Assembly (NCBI GenBank): GCA_963843375.1
Contig: CAWJKT010000008.1
Span: 128,001-192,000 of the forward strand
Direction of reading: 5' to 3'
Length of the DNA stretch: 64,000 bases
Origin: an uncultured Pseudomonadota bacterium
GTDB taxonomy: Bacteria; Oederibacteriota; Muellerivitia; Muellerivitales; Muellerivitaceae
Shown here piece by piece: positions 61,955 to 64,000 of the stretch. Numbering within the stretch: the first letter of the stretch is position 1; each line of letters starts with the position of its first letter. Both the position numbers and the translations under genes were made by a program. The notes below the pieces were generated by a model. It had not been told where the DNA came from. It saw only the letters and a program-made list of their open reading frames with translations, and ran no database searches.

Positions 61955-62274
61955 GGGGGGCACCTCCTGCGCTGAAAAACTAAATTTAGTTTATTCCTTT
62001 CCAAAGAAAGGATCATTAAATTTCACAAAAAAATTTGTTCGGGCGGGACCATTAAGTAGAAATTTTCGATTTGGTGGAATTTCGCGGAGGGCGAATATCC
62101 TAACGCGTGGCAAACATCCCAGACAGGGAAGTAGCCGGCGTCCCAGTGAAATTTCTAAAATTTGACATAAAATTGATTTCCGTTTGCGTCTTTCGGAATA
62201 AAAGCACCCCCAAAGCGGGGTTTTCCAGAAGGCTTCCCTTTTTTCTCTCAAAAAGAAAAAAAATTTCTCCCGGG

Positions 62275-62856
62275 TCAAACTTTTGCCATTTTGGTTTCTG
62301 GATTCGGTATGAAGCTGATTTTCGCGCCAATCATTTTTCGATAAAAGGCTAGGTCCGGGTTGATTTCTTTGGACTGGAACAAGATCAAGTAAGACCCCTC
62401 CCAAAAGGTGAACCAGCCTGCGGGCTCCAAAAGAACGACGATAAAGGTCGTCCATATATTTTTGACGGTATAGGTCAGCAGATAGGTGGCTAGGAACATA
62501 AAAGCCACACCTAGAGCGGCCATTTTGAGGCCGGTGATCCTTTCTTTTTTGAGCTTTTCTTCGAGCCTTTTGCGGTGTCGCTTGAAATGATCCCTCAGCC
62601 GGTCCTTGATTACCTGTTCCTGGCCCGCGAAACGCTTCTCCTTGGGTAATTGGAAAACGAGACTCAGGCCTCTTTCCTCTTTGGTCAAACTCGCCCTTTT
62701 CAATTCGTGGATAAAATCATCCGAGAGGGCCCGCTGGGAAAAGGGACGCGGATCGAAATCCGAGAAAATGTCGTCGTACTCGTCCAGTGCAAGGGTGATG
62801 GCTTGCGTGTTGGCGAGACCGAAGTTTTCGCTTTCTTTTCTATCCATGGAATTCAC
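62275..62856 (-). CDS. Hypothetical two-TM protein
   Basis: LD.YDDIFSDFDPRP...R.LS.DF; GWF..WEG. Confidence 0.75.
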   Translation of the reverse strand: MNSMDRKESENFGLANTQAITLALDEYDDIFSDFDPRPFSQRALSDDFIHELKRASLTKEERGLSLVFQLPKEKRFAGQEQVIKDRLRDHFKRHRKRLEEKLKKERITGLKMAALGVAFMFLATYLLTYTVKNIWTTFIVVLLEPAGWFTFWEGSYLILFQSKEINPDLAFYRKMIGAKISFIPNPETKMAKV

Positions 62857-63003
62857 CCGGCTTCATGATCGGACCCTCCCCCCTTTTTTTCCATATCCCG
62901 GGCAAAGAAACCCATTTCAGAGAAGGGCTATGAGAATTTCCATATTCTTTTGTTTTCAGGTCCTTGGCGGATCCAGGAAAAGCGTATTTTCCGAGGCGGC
63001 ATT

Positions 63004-64000
63004 TCAAAAACCCAGACGGATTCCCCCGCCTGCTTGGTTAGAACTCCAATTCACGCGCGCCACTTCACCTTGATAATTCAAATCCGCCGAGAAGTTTTTC
63101 GTAAAAGCCATATTGAGGCCCGCCTCCACCAATAACCCATCCGGGTCCAGGGGTGGGCCGGCCACAGTGAAGGAATCCCCGGCTCCGAAACCCGCCTCCA
63201 CGATCCCCCCTTGATCATCATATTCATGCTCCCAAGACAGTGTGAGTTCCGGGGAGACCACGGTGTCGCCCAGTTTCCAATGACCGCCCGCTTGGAGTCC
63301 CAAACGACTCACTAAGGAATCCTGCGACTGGGCGGGATAGGTCAGGGGTGTCACTGAGCCCATTTCGGTAAATCCATTGAGTCCCACCCGGGTATATTGC
63401 AGCGAAGCCACCGGGCCCAGGGTTAGATTTCTCACTTTCCACCCGTATCCCAGTTCCATCGCCCCGCTCCATTCCGATCCCTGAGTTTGGCCCGAAGCAA
63501 CTCCCTCATAGGATTGCCGCAGGGTGTTGTATTGGTTGATTCCTCCCTCTACCAGGCCGTCCGCGTAAAAACCGTATGAAGTGAAGAGGCCATAAAGCCC
63601 GAAGTCGCCGCCGCCTGCGCTTAAGGTTCCTCCTCCATCCAGCGTTATATTGGATTGGCCAAACCCGGCCATCAGTCCCAGCGCAAAATCCGGCGAAAGC
63701 CTCACATCGGCCCCCGCCCCGGTGAGCCCGTAAGTGGTCACCTGGTAGCCCGCCGCGTTCGCGTTTCCACTCACGTTGAGAATCCCCCCGTTGCCGGATA
63801 CAAAACCGCTCCAGTCCCCCTCCCGCTGCGTGGCCATTGAGGCTTCCTCCACCGGCGTCAGGTTGCCCGCAAAAAGAGGCGTATCGGAGTTGGAATAACC
63901 GGGCAAGGAAAACCGGGGCGGCTGGGCGTCCCTCAATTCCCAAAGTCTCTGATCCACCAGGGCGGCGCGCGAAGCGGCTCCGGCGAATCCCGCCTGGAAT
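63004..64000 (-). CDS. Autotransporter beta-domain (5' part outside window)
   Basis: Intact 317-aa frame ending RLGF; nearly identical to 9946-10940. Confidence 0.9.
   Translation of the reverse strand, partial: FQAGFAGAASRAALVDQRLWELRDAQPPRFSLPGYSNSDTPLFAGNLTPVEEASMATQREGDWSGFVSGNGGILNVSGNANAAGYQVTTYGLTGAGADVRLSPDFALGLMAGFGQSNITLDGGGTLSAGGGDFGLYGLFTSYGFYADGLVEGGINQYNTLRQSYEGVASGQTQGSEWSGAMELGYGWKVRNLTLGPVASLQYTRVGLNGFTEMGSVTPLTYPAQSQDSLVSRLGLQAGGHWKLGDTVVSPELTLSWEHEYDDQGGIVEAGFGAGDSFTVAGPPLDPDGLLVEAGLNMAFTKNFSADLNYQGEVARVNWSSNQAGGGIRLGF

Noticed and set aside
62100..62230. c-di-GMP-I riboswitch (GGCAAAC / CGCAAA words)
   Set aside because: The words lie on opposite strands and lack the GNRA stem geometry
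9946..64000. DGR template/variable repeat pair from the duplicated autotransporter ends
   Set aside because: Differences are not adenine-specific and no reverse transcriptase is present

Overview
A ~50% GC chromosomal segment of a diderm bacterium (TonB receptor, autotransporters). Its Thr/Pro-repeat surface proteins and YPNP-type C-terminal domain are reminiscent of FCPU426/Goldbacteria-like lineages, which is an unverified inference. From left to right it holds: a giant Thr-rich repeat protein running off the left edge; an ECF sigma/NrsF pair; a ChdC/chlorite dismutase-family gene; DUF2723 and O-antigen-ligase-like membrane glycosyltransferases; a Gly-rich autotransporter; GT4/epimerase; RlmI; mnmA/desulfurase; a bactofilin/M23 pair; a CxxC/RAPP leader peptide heading a TBDT-ExbB-ExbD-TonB operon; assorted small genes; an ~8.7 kb integrative island at tRNA-Arg(UCG); HU; a GH9 cellulase; and a second, near-identical autotransporter beta-domain at the right edge. 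The island unusually duplicates the 5' part of the tRNA and carries Int/Xis, IS3, IS21 and decayed defence-like cargo. The best leads are the 5'-restoring tRNA island, the metal-motif arrest leader peptide, a sigma54-type promoter plus long RNA hairpin plus 39-aa membrane peptide unit missed by the ORF track, and a possible Thr-stalk O-glycosylation locus. Many single-base frameshifts suggest assembly indel errors.
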